NCBI GenBank assembly: GCA_963790205.1
Contig: CAWBNQ010000001.1
Location: 320,001 to 384,000 of the forward strand
Direction of reading: 5' to 3'
DNA length: 64,000 nucleotides
DNA from: Nitrospirota bacterium
Lineage (GTDB): Bacteria; Nitrospirota; UBA9217
Shown one piece after another: positions 61,811 to 64,000 of this stretch (its first letter is position 1; every line of letters starts with the position of its first letter). The position numbers were made by a program, and so were the translations under genes. Under the pieces are notes generated by a model. It was not told where the DNA came from, searched no databases, and saw only the letters and a program-made list of their open reading frames with translations.

Positions 61811-61853
61811 CTATAGATTCTCCTGACCCTATAGATTCTCCCCAGAATATTCA

Positions 61854-61890
61854 TTGACTGCAGGTATATTTAAGGTATAATTTCTATACC
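61854..61890 (+). promoter_or_regulatory. Promoter and operator of the brnTA cassette
   Basis: TTGACT-16nt-TATAAT; dyad GGTATA-ATTTC-TATACC over the -10. Confidence 0.65.
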
Positions 61891-62160
61891 ATGGAATTTG
61901 AGTTCGACCCCAAGAAAAGCGACAGCAACAAACAAAAGCATGGGCTTGATTTCTATGAAGCCCAAGCCTTATGGGACGATCCTGATTTTATTGAGATCCC
62001 CGTTCAGACCATTGATGAACCACGCTGTCTGGTGATCGGAATGATAGAGGGGAAACACTGGTCGGGAGTCATCATCTATCGAGGTGATAAAGTAAGAATT
62101 ATATCGGTACGCCGATCAAGGAAAGAGGAGGTGGAGATATATGAAAGTGAAAGCGCGTGA
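61891..62160 (+). CDS. brnT: BrnT-family toxin
   Basis: FEFDPKKSDSNKQKHGLDF, RIISVRRS. Confidence 0.92.
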   Translation: MEFEFDPKKSDSNKQKHGLDFYEAQALWDDPDFIEIPVQTIDEPRCLVIGMIEGKHWSGVIIYRGDKVRIISVRRSRKEEVEIYESESA

Positions 62161-62371
62161 TTTCGACAAGAAATTCGATGAAGGTGCAAATATTACAAAG
62201 CATCTTGATCTGAAGAAGGCAAAAAGACCCGAGCAGGAACAGAAAAGAGTGAACGTCGATTTCCCTGTGTGGATGATTCAATTATTGGACAAAGAGGCAA
62301 AACGCCTGGGAGTCCCCCGCCAGTCGATTATCAAAGTCTGGGTAGCGGAGCGACTTGAAAAAGCTTCGTGA
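62141..62371 (+). CDS. brnA: BrnA/CopG-family antitoxin
   Basis: FDKKFDEG, RVNVDFPVWM, RQSIIKVW; overlaps toxin. Confidence 0.88.
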   Translation: MKVKARDFDKKFDEGANITKHLDLKKAKRPEQEQKRVNVDFPVWMIQLLDKEAKRLGVPRQSIIKVWVAERLEKAS

Positions 62372-62374
62372 ACG

Positions 62375-62430
62375 TTTTAACCACGCCGTCGAGAGGGTCA
62401 TTGAGGGGGCCCCTCACGGCGGCGTTGGGG
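62375..62430 (+). other. attC-like recombination site
   Basis: TTTTAAC-CACGCCGTCGAGAGGGTC...GCCCCTCACGGCGGC-GTTGGGG, 3 nt after the brnA stop. Confidence 0.8.
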
Positions 62431-62493
62431 TTTTTCATTTTTGCATTGTTTCGCGGCAATTAAAAAATATTTATCGTTTTTTAAGAGGTGAGC

Positions 62494-62964
62494 ATGGTAA
62501 TAGATTACATCCCGTACCTAATCCCGCTGTGGATTACTGCCCTCTTTTTAATCAATGATCAAATTCGAAAAGGATCACTTAAAAAAACACAAGCACATTA
62601 TAGCGAGAAATTTTTCACGAATCGTCCGCCCATCGAAACTTTTAAAGCAATAATGGCATTCGCGACGCAAAACCGATATCGCATTGATGACTTCGACGAA
62701 AAGCATCTTGCAGTAATATTAAACGAAAGAATGTCATGGAATAGCTATGGCTCCCTCTATCCGATTTATGTTCATGAGAAGGCAAGCCGAACCGAGGTGA
62801 AAGTTGGTATAACAAGCAAGGCCGGAAAATTTTTTCTAATTAGTCCGTTCACTCAAAGAGTCCTGACCCTACGTCTAGAGCGGATGCTCAATGCTGTTAA
62901 AGGTGCGGTGTTCGCATATGGAATAGAAAAAGAAAGCGAAAATGCCGAAGGCCAAGGACATTAG
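62494..62964 (+). CDS. Hypothetical cassette protein with N-terminal TM
   Basis: AT-rich ORF between two attC sites; GAGGTG before ATG. Confidence 0.75.
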   Translation: MVIDYIPYLIPLWITALFLINDQIRKGSLKKTQAHYSEKFFTNRPPIETFKAIMAFATQNRYRIDDFDEKHLAVILNERMSWNSYGSLYPIYVHEKASRTEVKVGITSKAGKFFLISPFTQRVLTLRLERMLNAVKGAVFAYGIEKESENAEGQGH

Positions 62965-62984
62965 ACCGCAACTCGACACAATGA

Positions 62985-63043
62985 TCCCAACCACGCCGTC
63001 GAGAGGGTCGCTGAATGATGCGCCCCTCAGGGCGGCGTTCCTG
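62985..63043 (+). other. attC-like recombination site
   Basis: TCCCAAC-CACGCCGTCGAGAGGGTC...GCCCCTCAGGGCGGC-GTTCCTG; left arm identical to the 62375 site. Confidence 0.8.
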
Positions 63044-63235
63044 TGCTGATTACAACCAGTATCTCACGCATTTTCTAAGCGCTCGGCTCTGCAAGATTGT
63101 GGGTGTGGCCAGCGTCTGTCTAATTCAGAATGAAGTGATTGATTCAGATCGAAAAATATAGAGTGGATTTCATCCTGAAACAGTTGTGGTTGCGCCGCCT
63201 GTGCATTAGGGTACGCTTAATGGCGAAAGGTGGAA

Positions 63236-63853
63236 ATGAAAAAAGGAATATTTGTAATAGTGCTTAGTGCGCTTTGGCTCACGACGGTGCATGCAGAAAC
63301 ATATGAAAGCCAATTTGGATTCAGTGTCGATCTCCCTTCTCACTGGAATGTTGTCAATATGAAGAACCTGAAAAATAATCCAGAGAAATACTACAGCGCG
63401 CACAATGACAAATCAAAGAATATTGACGATAGCCTCTCGGAAAAATATAAAAAAGAAATACTGAAGGGGAAGGTCGAAATTTATGAGAATTTATCGACCA
63501 ATTACGACAATTTTACCGATAACATTTACGTTCAAATGGATCATGGTGAAATGAAGCCACTAAAAGCAATGGAGCCGGCAATTTGTAATGTGAGTATGTT
63601 AAAAGCTGCTTTTTCACGGTCGTTTGGCAGGGACGTTACCATATACGCCTGTAGAGTCGTTAAGGTGTCGAGCTATGATGCCATTTACATGGACTTTGAT
63701 GGTGCGTATCGGGGAACTCGATCCATTCAATATCAAATATGGAAGCCCTCAAACGATATTATTATAATGACCTTAACAACCAAGAATAAAACTCTAAATA
63801 AACTCAGAGACGATTTTACCGCTATTATTTATTCCCTTAGCGTAACTAAGTAG
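63236..63853 (+). CDS. Secreted hypothetical cassette protein
   Basis: Signal peptide MKKGIFVIVLSALWLTTVHA; AT-rich; FGFSVDLPSHW. Confidence 0.78.
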   Translation: MKKGIFVIVLSALWLTTVHAETYESQFGFSVDLPSHWNVVNMKNLKNNPEKYYSAHNDKSKNIDDSLSEKYKKEILKGKVEIYENLSTNYDNFTDNIYVQMDHGEMKPLKAMEPAICNVSMLKAAFSRSFGRDVTIYACRVVKVSSYDAIYMDFDGAYRGTRSIQYQIWKPSNDIIIMTLTTKNKTLNKLRDDFTAIIYSLSVTK

Positions 63854-63861
63854 TCATCGTG

Positions 63862-63912
63862 AGCTAACCAGCGGGAGAGAGGGCGTTTCGTGCCTCTCAC
63901 TCGCATATTCTC
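63862..63912 (+). other. Degenerate attC-like site
   Basis: AGCTAAC-CAGCGGGAGAGAGGGC...GCCTCTCACTCGC, with ATT where GTT is expected. Confidence 0.5.
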
Positions 63913-64000
63913 CATCGCCGTCTTTTGGCCGCTCTTTAAAAGGATGCTATGTTTTGCCGTAAATGCGGAACCGAGCATAGAAAAGGATTTACCAGGTGTG

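Noticed and set aside
61375..61841. CRISPR array from the CTATAGATT repeats
   Set aside because: Units are 9-11 nt with no regular spacers and no cas genes

Overview
GC-rich bacterial chromosome segment; gene order and repeat style suggest Nitrospirota or a deltaproteobacterial-type lineage (inference). Core genes: a type-IV-pilus-class cheA (5' end outside the window), two cheW, romR, valS, nadC, birA, coaX, a response regulator, galT, aconitase, bacterioferritin, Usp, a 7TM-GAF-3xPAS kinase with a NarL-type regulator, ilvE, tRNA-Leu(GAG), an SH3/NlpC-P60 amidase, comM, algI/algJ-like genes, rnj, glgP, a sigma54-linked STAS-MCP-CheW-REC-HD-GYP operon, uppP and ftsK. There are three accessory zones. 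(1) 11.9-16.4 kb: a tyrosine recombinase plus IS91-type Y2 transposase element with 21-bp inverted repeats and flanking hairpins, a diverged orphan copy of its right end, and an attC-bounded cassette. (2) 33.9-38.4 kb: a defence islet (DUF2281, MNT-HEPN, single-chain restriction-modification enzyme). (3) 58-64 kb: an attC cassette array with no integron integrase in view, containing an IS5-split hydrolase, a RAYT-type Y1 transposase bounded by perfect 19-bp inverted repeats and trailed by iterated CTATAGATT units that bracket a 5'-truncated group II intron, a BrnT/BrnA cassette and two unknown cassettes. An IS1182-family element, several dispersed short-period or palindromic repeats and five single-base frameshifts (possibly sequencing errors) are also visible. 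All family assignments come from motif recognition by eye, not from database searches.
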